Part shown: positions 10,530-19,329 of the stretch, piece by piece
Layout of the letters: the number at the start of each line of letters is the position of its first letter
Position numbering within the stretch: position 1 is the stretch's first letter
Source: Candidatus Harrisonbacteria bacterium
GTDB lineage: Bacteria > Patescibacteriota > Minisyncoccia > UBA6257 > 02-FULL-45-10c
Length of the DNA: 64,000 nt
Assembly: GCA_016214655.1 (NCBI GenBank)
Contig: JACROC010000005.1
Location: 67,078 to 131,077, forward strand
Direction of reading: 5' to 3'
Notes under the pieces: model-generated
Seen by the model: only the letters and a program-made list of their open reading frames with translations
What the model was told of the DNA's origin: nothing
Databases searched by the model: none
Translations under genes and position numbers: made by a program

Positions 10530-10562
10530 AATCCCCCACATAAATATTTATGTGGGGGATTA
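10530..10562. terminator. bidirectional intrinsic-terminator-like hairpin
   Basis: Perfect palindrome CCCCCACATAAATATTTATGTGGGGG flanked by A/T runs, between the caspase-like gene and thyA. Confidence 0.5.
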
Positions 10563-11138
10563 TTATTTTTTAGGATAACAAAAATTGTCTAACTGATCAC
10601 CGCAGCGAAGTAAGTCAATATATTTCTCCAAAATAAATGGTGTCCGCTTATCTTTGTCCATTACCCACAAGCGAGGATCTGCTAGCCGCCTTTCTTTCCA
10701 GCACCGTATGATTCCTGGTACAACGGACCCCTCTCCTTCACAAGTCTTTGGCGCTAACCCCAATAAAAGATATCGGCATTGTAATCCGCAAATATGATCT
10801 TTAAGCGCCATTCCGAAACAACAGTCATTTACGAAGATAGCTGGCTTACTTCGATTCCTCAGGATTTGGATAAGAGATCTGTAAGACATCAGGCGGTTTT
10901 CCAATAACTGCCACCCATCTCGGTAGCCATGGCCCCCGTAATAAAGTACTACCGGTTCATTAATTTTAGCAATGTCCTTTAAAAAATCCTCCAGGCTGAC
11001 CTTCTTTTTATAAACTTCTTCGTTATAGAAATGGATTCTATCCAACGGCAATTTAACTTGATTTCTGAAATATTCAAAAAATTCCGCAGTTTCCGATTCA
11101 AATTCCGGTTTAAAATGTTGAACTATGACAAGGTGCAT
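10563..11138 (-). CDS. minimal caspase-hemoglobinase-fold (caspase-like) peptidase candidate
   Basis: VVLYYGGHG (His70) and AIFVNDCCFG (Cys106/107) are 36 residues apart, each after a hydrophobic strand, matching the caspase/C14 His-Cys dyad. Strong SD AAAGGAGG 5 nt upstream. Own terminators on both sides. Confidence 0.45.
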   Translation of the reverse strand: MHLVIVQHFKPEFESETAEFFEYFRNQVKLPLDRIHFYNEEVYKKKVSLEDFLKDIAKINEPVVLYYGGHGYRDGWQLLENRLMSYRSLIQILRNRSKPAIFVNDCCFGMALKDHICGLQCRYLLLGLAPKTCEGEGSVVPGIIRCWKERRLADPRLWVMDKDKRTPFILEKYIDLLRCGDQLDNFCYPKK

Positions 11139-11250
11139 TTAGCCTCCTTTGGCTATTTTCTATAAAATAACACGTTTTGTATATTTTTTCAAGAAAAAAT
11201 CCCGCTTGGCGGGATTAATAAATTTAATGACCCTTCGATGAACTCAGGAC

Positions 11251-11805
11251 CTAGTGGTCCATCATTTCTGGATTATATTCCTCAATTGTTAATTTATTGC
11301 GCGCAATCAGCAAACCTCCGGGGCCCTGATGAAATTCCAGCGATTTTTGCAGTAATCGAACGACGCAAGAGTCAATCTTTTCAAGAATAACACCCTGTTC
11401 TTTGCGGGCCATTTCAACGTGTTCCTCTGTATCTTCCTTACGATAATCTTCCAGATAATAAATATTTTTAATCCCAACTGCCAAAAATAAGTTGAAACAA
11501 TCCTTGCACGGGCGAGTAGTAACAAAAGCATATCCGCCACTCAAATCTCTACCGCCGGAAAAAAGCACAGCATTTCTTTCAGCGTGCGTCACCCTGACAC
11601 AATGGCCATCAACCATTAAGTGGCCGACTTCATCGCATTGAGGAGCTCCTGCCGGCGCGCCATTATAACCAGTGGCAACAACTCTTTTATCCTTGAACAA
11701 TGCACAACCAACAATTTTTCTCCGGCATGTCGCTCTTAACGAAGCGCCATAAGCAAGAAAAGAACCGTATTCCAAAAAACTTAACCGCGGCGGATCTTCG
11801 TGCAT
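11251..11805 (-). CDS. dCMP deaminase (cytidine/deoxycytidylate deaminase zinc-binding family)
   Basis: HAERNA and PCKDC zinc-ligand motifs. Confidence 0.8.
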   Translation of the reverse strand: MHEDPPRLSFLEYGSFLAYGASLRATCRRKIVGCALFKDKRVVATGYNGAPAGAPQCDEVGHLMVDGHCVRVTHAERNAVLFSGGRDLSGGYAFVTTRPCKDCFNLFLAVGIKNIYYLEDYRKEDTEEHVEMARKEQGVILEKIDSCVVRLLQKSLEFHQGPGGLLIARNKLTIEEYNPEMMDH

Positions 11806-11884
11806 AATCTCCTCCTTAAATTTTATCGAACTAATTTATAAGTTAAATCAAAAACCCGCTCATTACAAGCGGGTTTTTGTGTTC

Positions 11885-13519
11885 TTACATCATTCCGCCC
11901 ATTCCCCCAGGCGGCATTGCCGGTCCTTCTTTTTTCGGCTCTGGTTTTTCTGTTACTGCGGCGCCAATCACTAAATAGTTTGCCGCAACTGATACAGCGT
12001 TCAAGAATGCAGTTTTGGTAACTTTGAGCGGATCAATAATGCCTGCTTTTTTAAGGTCATCGGTTTTGTTAGTGTGCGCGTTAAAACCCATCCAGGCATC
12101 TTTTTTATTCTTTAATTCTGAAAGAATTTTGGCAGCATTTTCTCCGCTATTTTCGACAATAGAAGTAATTGGGGCTTCCAACGCTCGCTTCAAAATAGTT
12201 TTTACCGCATTAGCTTCGTTATTTTCTTCTTTGGTCTCGCCCATCTCTTTTAGTGCATTAAATAGTGCCATACCACCTCCGGGCACAATTCCCTCTTCCA
12301 TAGCTGCGCGAGTAGCCGCAACCGCATCTTCCACTCTTTGCTTGAGCTCTTTCTGAGCAGATTCAGTAGGGGCGCCAACTTTTATCACAGAAACGCCGCC
12401 AGTAAGTTTTCCGAGACGCTCCTGCAATTTTTCTTTATCAAAGTCAGATTCAGTTTTCTTCAGCTGTACTTTAAGCTGTGATACCCTTGCCGCGATTTCT
12501 TCTTTTGATCCTTTTCCGCCGACAACGGTAGTGTTATCTTTATTTGAAACTACTCGATGAGCCTGGCCTAAATCATGCACATCTGCGGAATCCAGTTTTT
12601 TACCAACCTCTTCAGAAATAAAAGTGGCGCCGGTTACTACGCAAAGATCCTGCAGTATTTCTTTTCTACGATCGCCGAATCCGGGCGCTTTTACTGCAAG
12701 TACATTAAAAATTCCGCGCAATTTATTTACTACCAATGTTGCCAGTGCCTCGCCTTCAACCTCATCGGCAACAATTACCAATTCTTTCTTACCGCTTTGA
12801 ACTATTTTTTCTAAAAGCGGCAAAAGCTCTTGTATAGAAGAAACTTTTTTATCAGTGACTAAAATATAAGGGTTTTCTAGCACCGCTTCCATGCGTTCGC
12901 TATTGGTAACCATATATTGGGAAACATAACCGCGGTCAAACTGCATGCCCTCAACCATTTCATAGGAATTGCCAATGGTATTGGAATCTTCAATAGTAAC
13001 CACGCCATCGCGGCCGACTTTATTCATTACTTCGGCAATCAGTTTTCCAATTTCCGGATCTTTTGCTGAAAGAGTTGCCACCTCTTCAATTTTTTTATTG
13101 TCATTAATCGGTTCACGCTGTTTTTCAAGGGCGTGGATGACCTTTTCACTTGCTTTTTTTAATTCCTCGGCCAGCCGGATCACATTAAATCCTTTTTCCC
13201 GGATGGCGGTTTCCCCTTCATCAATCATGGCGTGCGCCAAGACCACTGAAGTAGTAGTTCCGTCGCCGACATTATCATTAGTTTTATCGGCAGCTTGTTT
13301 AATCAATTCCGCGCCGAGATTTTCATATTTATCTTCCAATTCCACTTCCTTAGCAACTGTCACGCCGTCAAAAGTAACTTGGGGAGCGCCGTAGCCTTTT
13401 TCAATCACAACTGCCCGGCCGCGTGGACCAAGAGTCATGCTAACTGCCGCTGCCAGCTTATCAATGCCTTTTTTAATAGCTGCGCGAGCGTCTTCGTTAA
13501 ATAAAAGTTGTTTTGCCAT
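11885..13519 (-). CDS. groEL: chaperonin GroEL
   Basis: Full-length Hsp60 with a GGM-rich C-terminus (PPGGMGGMM) and a conserved ATP-binding region (GDGTTT). Confidence 0.97.
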   Translation of the reverse strand: MAKQLLFNEDARAAIKKGIDKLAAAVSMTLGPRGRAVVIEKGYGAPQVTFDGVTVAKEVELEDKYENLGAELIKQAADKTNDNVGDGTTTSVVLAHAMIDEGETAIREKGFNVIRLAEELKKASEKVIHALEKQREPINDNKKIEEVATLSAKDPEIGKLIAEVMNKVGRDGVVTIEDSNTIGNSYEMVEGMQFDRGYVSQYMVTNSERMEAVLENPYILVTDKKVSSIQELLPLLEKIVQSGKKELVIVADEVEGEALATLVVNKLRGIFNVLAVKAPGFGDRRKEILQDLCVVTGATFISEEVGKKLDSADVHDLGQAHRVVSNKDNTTVVGGKGSKEEIAARVSQLKVQLKKTESDFDKEKLQERLGKLTGGVSVIKVGAPTESAQKELKQRVEDAVAATRAAMEEGIVPGGGMALFNALKEMGETKEENNEANAVKTILKRALEAPITSIVENSGENAAKILSELKNKKDAWMGFNAHTNKTDDLKKAGIIDPLKVTKTAFLNAVSVAANYLVIGAAVTEKPEPKKEGPAMPPGGMGGMM

Positions 13520-13661
13520 AAATTTATTAAATCCGAAATTCGAATATCGAAACTCGAAACAATATCTAAATTCAAATATTGAAACATTTTGAATTTATAA
13601 TTTTGTTTATTTATTTGAATTTGTTTCGAATTTAGTGCTTCGTGCTTCGGATTTGTCGCGA

Positions 13662-13952
13662 TTATTCTATAATCGCGAGTATGTCTGCTTCCTCCCCGAC
13701 TAAGTATTTTTTGCCGTCGACTTCCAGCTCATCGGGGCCGTATTTTTTAAATAAAACTACATTACCAACTTTTACTGACATTGGCGCGCGCTGGCCGTTT
13801 TCCAAAAGTTTTCCCGGGCCAACCGCCACCACTTTTCCTTTAATTGGTTTTTGTTTTTCCGCCGTTTCTGGCAGTACAATGCCAGATTTGGTGGTCTTTT
13901 CTTCCTCTAGCGGCTCAAGAAAGATGTGATCATTTAATGGGTGTAAATTCAT
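13662..13952 (-). CDS. groES: co-chaperonin GroES
   Basis: 96-aa Hsp10. IVLPETAEKQKPIKGKVVAVGPG mobile-loop region. Confidence 0.95.
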   Translation of the reverse strand: MNLHPLNDHIFLEPLEEEKTTKSGIVLPETAEKQKPIKGKVVAVGPGKLLENGQRAPMSVKVGNVVLFKKYGPDELEVDGKKYLVGEEADILAIIE

Positions 13953-13970
13953 ATATCAGATTTTATTCCC

Positions 13971-13997
13971 TTAGCAATCTTGCGTCAAGAGTGCTAA
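13971..13997. promoter_or_regulatory. CIRCE (HrcA operator) upstream of groES
   Basis: TTAGCAATC-N9-GAGTGCTAA matches the CIRCE consensus TTAGCACTC-N9-GAGTGCTAA with one mismatch. Confidence 0.7.
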
Positions 13998-14052
13998 ATA
14001 TAACTCCTTAAACTATTTAAAGGTTAACAAAATTAAAACCCCGTTTTGGGGT

Positions 14053-14394
14053 TTATATTTTTAGGATATCTTTTAATTCCCGCTCTACTTCTTTATAAAG
14101 CTGGTCGGAATTAGACTCCAGGAGATGCGCCCGGACACAAATCAGATGCTTTACAAAAGGATGCTTGCGGAGATGTTCCTGCATTTTATCTTCCCGGGTT
14201 GCTTTGCCGCTGCAGGTCTTAACCTGTAATGGCAATGCCCAGCCGTCATTTTTAAATATTAAAAAATCTATACCTGCGACATCCAAGGCGTCGTTTTGTT
14301 TATTTATTAAAAAGTGTAAGATTAATCTCCGTTCTTTCATTGATCCTAAAACCTTTGCAACTATATTTTCCGAGAGATTCTCTCTTTTCGGCAA
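14053..14394 (-). CDS. hypothetical protein
   Basis: 113 aa, immediately downstream of the nucleotidyltransferase. It has an R-x4-H spacing (RRLILH) but is not confidently HEPN. Confidence 0.35.
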   Translation of the reverse strand: MPKRENLSENIVAKVLGSMKERRLILHFLINKQNDALDVAGIDFLIFKNDGWALPLQVKTCSGKATREDKMQEHLRKHPFVKHLICVRAHLLESNSDQLYKEVERELKDILKI

Positions 14395-14436
14395 TCTATG
14401 TCCTTATGAAATTTTTAAGGTAATTTAAGTATAAAC

Positions 14437-15111
14437 TTATTTTTGTTTCAGCAGCAACTCTATGCGCCTGGTGTCAGGATGGAATTCTAGCTCGTTATCG
14501 CTAATGATAATTCTTGGCTTATATTCAATACTCTGATTTGCCATAATTTTGATTTTTTCAAATTGAATTTTTTTGAATAGTTTTTCAAACCAATCTCCTG
14601 TTCTACCAGATAAAAGTTGCTCCAATAACTTCTTGGTCTTACTGGCTTTTATATATACATGCCTATTATCTTCCTGATATAAACGGATTTTTTTCATCCA
14701 ATTTTTATTTGCCCGATAGAATTTTTGAATAAGCCGGGGATCGCCGTATACCGGAACTAAAGAATTATATAAATTTTTCCAGTATTTATTATGGGGTGGG
14801 GATAAGCGATATGAATTTGGAGTTACAAAATGATTGAAACAAAGTTTATCTTTGGAATCGTCCGGATGCTTAGCCCACCAACCCAAAGAACGGAAAATTA
14901 AGAAACAAATAAGCCTTGCTGTAAAGATTCTCCCTTGCCGGACGCCAACAATCACATCAAAATCCGACTCCTCATGCATATTTCCAGTCGCAAGCGATCC
15001 CGCGGCAAATACAAAATCAACAAATGGAATAAATCTAAATGGCCAAACGCATCTTAAAAATTTTTGCCATTTTAGTTTATATATATTATTACTTGACATA
15101 TATTGAAGCAT
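14437..15111 (-). CDS. nucleotidyltransferase (Pol-beta superfamily) domain protein
   Basis: AGSLATGNMHEESDFDVIV is a GS...DxD NTase motif. Confidence 0.6.
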   Translation of the reverse strand: MLQYMSSNNIYKLKWQKFLRCVWPFRFIPFVDFVFAAGSLATGNMHEESDFDVIVGVRQGRIFTARLICFLIFRSLGWWAKHPDDSKDKLCFNHFVTPNSYRLSPPHNKYWKNLYNSLVPVYGDPRLIQKFYRANKNWMKKIRLYQEDNRHVYIKASKTKKLLEQLLSGRTGDWFEKLFKKIQFEKIKIMANQSIEYKPRIIISDNELEFHPDTRRIELLLKQK

Positions 15112-15128
15112 CTGCTATAGTATGCATA

Positions 15129-15346
15129 CCCGCTTAGTATGGACGTCTTTTCCGAGGAAACCACTGGGAAAAGGCAATTTGCTCCGTAATGCGTGGATCT
15201 AAGAAACCTGGCGATGGCTGCAGTACAGATCGTGGCCCCGGCGGAAGTGGTCCGCACCGGAATCAGCCCGTGGTTAAGGTGGTAGGCTAATAACTTACCA
15301 CCTCCCCTTGGACGCGGCCCCCTTTGGAAACATCGGGGGCTTCTTT
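15129..15346 (+). ncRNA. unassigned ncRNA of about 220 nt with its own promoter and intrinsic terminator
   Basis: Near-consensus promoter TTGACA (15093-15098), 17-nt spacer, TATAGT (15116-15121). GC-rich structured body. Hairpin GGCCCCC..GGGGGC (15317-15340) followed by a U-run. No credible ORF. The overlapping track ORFs 15072..15257 and 15308..15628 are antisense or spurious. Confidence 0.45.
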
Positions 15347-16393
15347 TTATTCTTCCGAAACCACCTCCGGCTTTTCCAGAAGCTCCGGCTCTATACCGAC
15401 CGCGCTGTCGGTAATCTTCAAAACATCTTTATCAATTTTTCCAAGCTCTTTATAAGCACTGTTGTACATATTGACTGTAGTGCCAAGATGAGTGCCGAGT
15501 TTTTGCATGTATTCTTCATAACTGGAAAGATGTTTACCCAAAGCTTCAACTCGTTTCCTAATTTCTTTTGCCGATTCTTCAATCTGGAGAGCTTTAAGGC
15601 CCTGCAAAACAGTTTGCAAATAGGCTAGAAAAGAAGTCGGCGAAACAATTATCACGTGTTTATCTTTAAAGGCGTATTGGACCAGGTCTTGAGTATTAGT
15701 TTTTACAGTCCCAATTTTATTGATTAAAAGATCGTAATAGATCGCTTCTGCCGGAATAAACATAAAAGCAAAATCCATTGTCCCTTCTTCCGGTTTTACG
15801 TATTTGGAAGTTTCGTCAATTCGATTTTTTAAATCCTGCTTAAATGTTTTTTCTAATTCTTCACGAGTTTCCTGATCTCGGGCGTCCAGAATACGGTTAT
15901 AATTCTCCAGGCTGAATTTAGAATCTATAGGGATAACTTTATCTTGCACAAAAATAACTGCATCAACGATGCTTCCGTCTTTAAACGGATACTGCATCTG
16001 ATAACGTCCTGGCGGCAGAACATTTTTTAAAAGCGTCTCCAGATAATATTCGCCAAGTACTCCGCGCTGTTTTGGATTTTTCAGAATATCCTGAAGATTT
16101 TGAAGCTGGTCGGCAAAACTAACCACCTGCTTATTAGTCTCGTCTAATTTCGTTAAGCGTTCCGTTACGTCCCGAATAATGCGCGCGCTTTCAACAGATT
16201 GCCTTTGCATAGACCGGGTTGATTCTCCAAGCTTTAAATCCAGTGTCCGGACCACTTCATTCATCTGATTCTGCAGCAACATAAAAGCCCGATCATCGGT
16301 TTTATGTTCTTTATTTTGATTTTTTAAAGCCCAAAATACCGCGGCAAATCCACAAATAACAATAGACAGAAGCAATAATGAAAATAAGTCCAT
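15347..16393 (-). CDS. rmuC: DNA recombination protein RmuC
   Basis: N-terminal TM helix, long coiled coil and a C-terminal RmuC nuclease-like domain. Confidence 0.75.
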   Translation of the reverse strand: MDLFSLLLLSIVICGFAAVFWALKNQNKEHKTDDRAFMLLQNQMNEVVRTLDLKLGESTRSMQRQSVESARIIRDVTERLTKLDETNKQVVSFADQLQNLQDILKNPKQRGVLGEYYLETLLKNVLPPGRYQMQYPFKDGSIVDAVIFVQDKVIPIDSKFSLENYNRILDARDQETREELEKTFKQDLKNRIDETSKYVKPEEGTMDFAFMFIPAEAIYYDLLINKIGTVKTNTQDLVQYAFKDKHVIIVSPTSFLAYLQTVLQGLKALQIEESAKEIRKRVEALGKHLSSYEEYMQKLGTHLGTTVNMYNSAYKELGKIDKDVLKITDSAVGIEPELLEKPEVVSEE

Positions 16394-16450
16394 ATGTAAA
16401 AGTACTTTTATTTTATCATAAAATTTAAAATCTGCCTCCAGCGGGGCAGA

Positions 16451-16612
16451 TTATTTTTTAAGTCCCAAAACATCAAAAATGGCAATTGCGGATTTGGCGG
16501 AAAGTTGGGCTAAGACATCAACTAATCTGGAATGAAGTTCGTAAAGCGGGACCAATAGTATTAATGCTAACAACATTAGCATAATGGCGGCTAAAAACTG
16601 TCTTATTTTCAT
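16451..16612 (-). CDS. small hydrophobic protein (53 aa)
   Basis: MKIRQFLAAIMLMLLALILLVPLYELHSRLVDVLAQLSAKSAIAIFDVLGLKK. The ATG overlaps the upstream gene's TAA (TTAAATG). A hairpin plus T-run follows on the minus strand (16425-16450). Below the ORF-track length cut-off. Confidence 0.3.
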   Translation of the reverse strand: MKIRQFLAAIMLMLLALILLVPLYELHSRLVDVLAQLSAKSAIAIFDVLGLKK

Positions 16613-16999
16613 TTAAAGGAGGGATTTTATACAATTGCGCCAGGCCAGGATTCTTTTTCGTTTGAAAAGAACGATCTCTTTTATCGGGGAAAGGCTATTA
16701 ACGTAGAAATAACCTCCCAAGTGCAGTATGAATGGCAAATTGATTTGTTTTCGATAGCCGGCTCCAGCCCCATTAGTTACTCGAAACAAATGGGCGCGTA
16801 ATGGGAACAAGGAGATAATTTCTAAGAAATAATGGGTTCCCCGCTGGGTTTCAATCCTTAAGATATCCCCATACCTTACATATAATGGAACTAGCAGACA
16901 CCCTAATGAAAAGTAGTCGTCCGGTGATTTAAGAAGTAAACGGTTAACTAAAGCATCATTTATCTGCAAGCTCGGCAATATAAATGTGTTGGGCGCCAC
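16613..16999 (-). CDS. hypothetical protein
   Basis: 128 aa. Strong SD AAAAGGAGGAA directly upstream of the ATG. Confidence 0.45.
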   Translation of the reverse strand: MAPNTFILPSLQINDALVNRLLLKSPDDYFSLGCLLVPLYVRYGDILRIETQRGTHYFLEIISLFPLRAHLFRVTNGAGAGYRKQINLPFILHLGGYFYVNSLSPIKEIVLFKRKRILAWRNCIKSLL

Positions 17000-17051
17000 A
17001 TTTCCTCCTTTTCGTACGCTTATAACATGTTACTATAATTAATATAATATG

Positions 17052-17645
17052 TCAAGCAATTACCTTAATCATACTCAGAAGAAGAAAAATTCCGATGGTA
17101 TTCAAAATAAAAGATAATGATATAAATTTCCAAGAACTCACTTTATAAATTCCCAACAGCACTACTCCCAGCTCGTCTGGCAGCGGAGAAGCTATAATGA
17201 TGGCGCCGATTATTGGCATTAAAAAATTAAAATGGGAAGTCGTTAAAAGATTAAGAAATCGCAGACTGTATTCTCCGCCTAACGTCTTAAATAAATCCAT
17301 TAACTCGTCCGCCAGCTCATCTCTGATAAATTTAAAAATGGTAAAATCCCCAAGCACAGCGCCCAAACCGGCAAATACAGATACTAAAATTAAATTTAAA
17401 TTTTCGGCAAAAAGGGCCAATACCGCCGTGGCTGGGACTACGGTAAAGACCGAAGTCCAGAATATGCCGGCAACAAAAGCCCCAAAATAGTCCAGATCAT
17501 TTAAGGTTACCACCCATCTTTGCAACACCCCAGTTCTCAATAGAACGTAGGTTAAAAATATACTGGCAAATAAAATAGTTAAATTTGGATATCTGCGATT
17601 CCGATGGTCCATATTAAAATTATAATAAAAAGCCCCTTTACTCAA
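17052..17645 (-). CDS. membrane protein (DedA/TVP38-like, tentative)
   Basis: Five or six TM helices, 197 aa. Weak similarity to DedA-type topology only. Confidence 0.4.
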   Translation of the reverse strand: MSKGAFYYNFNMDHRNRRYPNLTILFASIFLTYVLLRTGVLQRWVVTLNDLDYFGAFVAGIFWTSVFTVVPATAVLALFAENLNLILVSVFAGLGAVLGDFTIFKFIRDELADELMDLFKTLGGEYSLRFLNLLTTSHFNFLMPIIGAIIIASPLPDELGVVLLGIYKVSSWKFISLSFILNTIGIFLLLSMIKVIA

Positions 17646-17653
17646 AAGCGGGC

Positions 17654-18058
17654 TTATAAACGCCTGTGACGATTCCGAAATACGTTTATTTTTACCGGGG
17701 GCTGATCTCTCTCAACTTGAAGATGCAGAGCTACTCCAATGTACTGATTATCTAGTTTTATGACACTGATTTTTATTTCTTCTCCAGGCATGCCAGTAAC
17801 CCATTGTCCTTCAGCCATTAACTGCGAAGCAACCACTATCAGGTGCTTATCAATAAACTTATACCAGATTCTGCCTACCGCGCCGCGCCAATAAATATTA
17901 ATCTCTCTAACAATTTCGTTCGGCCGCCGAATGCCTTGGTACAAAGTTTGCGATCCCAATAATCTTTCTATATTATCCCCGGAAGAAGTTGCCCACAGCT
18001 CTTCACTTTTTTTTATGACCTTCCATTCTTGCGTATCCCAGACTTTGGGGAATTCCAT
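17654..18058 (-). CDS. hypothetical protein
   Basis: 134-aa ORF co-directional with its neighbours. Confidence 0.4.
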   Translation of the reverse strand: MEFPKVWDTQEWKVIKKSEELWATSSGDNIERLLGSQTLYQGIRRPNEIVREINIYWRGAVGRIWYKFIDKHLIVVASQLMAEGQWVTGMPGEEIKISVIKLDNQYIGVALHLQVERDQPPVKINVFRNRHRRL

Positions 18059-18103
18059 ACCTCCCCTTTCTAGAAAGAACTTACTTTAAAAATAACGCAT
18101 TAT

Positions 18104-19291
18104 TTAAATATTATCTAGCTCTGACTGATATTTATTTAGGACTTCCTGGAACGCCGGCTGATCAGCTTCTTTTACCGGCTCACCGGCAGGAACTTTCTCC
18201 GTGAAAGGATTGATCAAAGATCCGAATTTATGCATTTCATAATGGAGGTGCGGCCCAGTGGAAAGCCCGGTTGAACCAACATAACCAACCACCTGCCCTT
18301 GTTTAACCTTTGTTCCAACGCGAATACCTTTGGCTAAACTCATAAAGTGCCCGTAAACTGTACTGTAGGTTTCATTGTGGCGGACTTTAATTGAAATTCC
18401 GTAATAGCCATTCCAGCCGGCCTGGACAACTGTGCCATCGCCAACACTAACTGCCGGCGTTCCTTGCGGAGCAGCGTAATCAATGCCGCGATGCCGGGTA
18501 AAAGTTTTTAAAATCGGATTAAATCGCTTATAGCTATATCCAGAGCTAATATACTTATATTGGAGCGGCGCCTTCAAAAATACTTTTTGAAGCGAGTTAC
18601 CTTCTTTATCATAATATCCCTCTTTAGTTTCGGCCCCGGTGAAATAAAATCCACGAAAACTTTCTCCATTATTAATAAATTCTGCGGCAATAATTTTACC
18701 GGGATGATCATATTGTCCGTCGCGATATTTTTTTTCATAAATAACTTTGAAACTGTCGCCCTTTTGTATTTGAGCGGCAAAATCTATCTGCCAAGCGAAC
18801 ATCTCCGCCAGCGCCAAAGCCAACCGTTCATCTAAGCCTTGATCAAGAATAGTTTCATATAAAGAACTTTCAATTGTTCCTCTAGCGCGGTCAATCTCAA
18901 TCATATATTCGATCGGCACCTTTTCTGCTTGCCATGCTTCCGCGGTAGTAGAGGCATTTTTAACGATAAGCTTTTCTTCCTTATCAATTTCATAAATTAA
19001 TTCTTCCAAATTCCCATTTTCTCCGTTATAGACTAAGGCTATTTCTTTGCCAGCTACAATCTTCGCCAAGTCATAGACCTCTTTAGCGCTCCCCAAAATA
19101 GCACTTGTGGTAGAAGTCGCCATACCAACTTCCTTCGCCAAAACACTGAAAGTTGTGCCGGCTAAAATTTCTTTTTTAACAGTTATTTTTGGATCAATAG
19201 CAGAAGTAGTGCTGCGATTCCCACCAAAAAAATATACTGATCCAATAATGCCGATTATGATTATGGTTATTTTTCCCGCCGAAGAATACAT
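18104..19291 (-). CDS. M23 family metallopeptidase (peptidoglycan DD-endopeptidase-like)
   Basis: C-terminal HxxxD...GSTGLSTGPHLHYE M23 motifs. N-terminal TM anchor. Confidence 0.8.
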   Translation of the reverse strand: MYSSAGKITIIIIGIIGSVYFFGGNRSTTSAIDPKITVKKEILAGTTFSVLAKEVGMATSTTSAILGSAKEVYDLAKIVAGKEIALVYNGENGNLEELIYEIDKEEKLIVKNASTTAEAWQAEKVPIEYMIEIDRARGTIESSLYETILDQGLDERLALALAEMFAWQIDFAAQIQKGDSFKVIYEKKYRDGQYDHPGKIIAAEFINNGESFRGFYFTGAETKEGYYDKEGNSLQKVFLKAPLQYKYISSGYSYKRFNPILKTFTRHRGIDYAAPQGTPAVSVGDGTVVQAGWNGYYGISIKVRHNETYSTVYGHFMSLAKGIRVGTKVKQGQVVGYVGSTGLSTGPHLHYEMHKFGSLINPFTEKVPAGEPVKEADQPAFQEVLNKYQSELDNI

Positions 19292-19329
19292 AACTGGATT
19301 CTATCAAGGAATCTATCTCAATAACAATT

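Noticed and set aside
12015-13504. Several plus-strand ORFs (12015..12356, 12575..12814, 12969..13394, 13295..13504) inside groEL
   Set aside because: Antisense to an unambiguous, highly conserved groEL reading frame. Their products are low-complexity (Ser/Ala/Phe-rich) with no motifs.
15129-15346. Assigning the ncRNA as SRP RNA, RNase P RNA or tmRNA
   Set aside because: Too short for RNase P or tmRNA. The SRP domain IV consensus (GGUCCGGAAGGAAGCAGCC) is only partially mimicked. Left unassigned.
15308-15628. Plus-strand ORF overlapping the 3' end of rmuC
   Set aside because: It begins inside the terminator hairpin of the ncRNA and runs antisense through rmuC. The composition is not protein-like.
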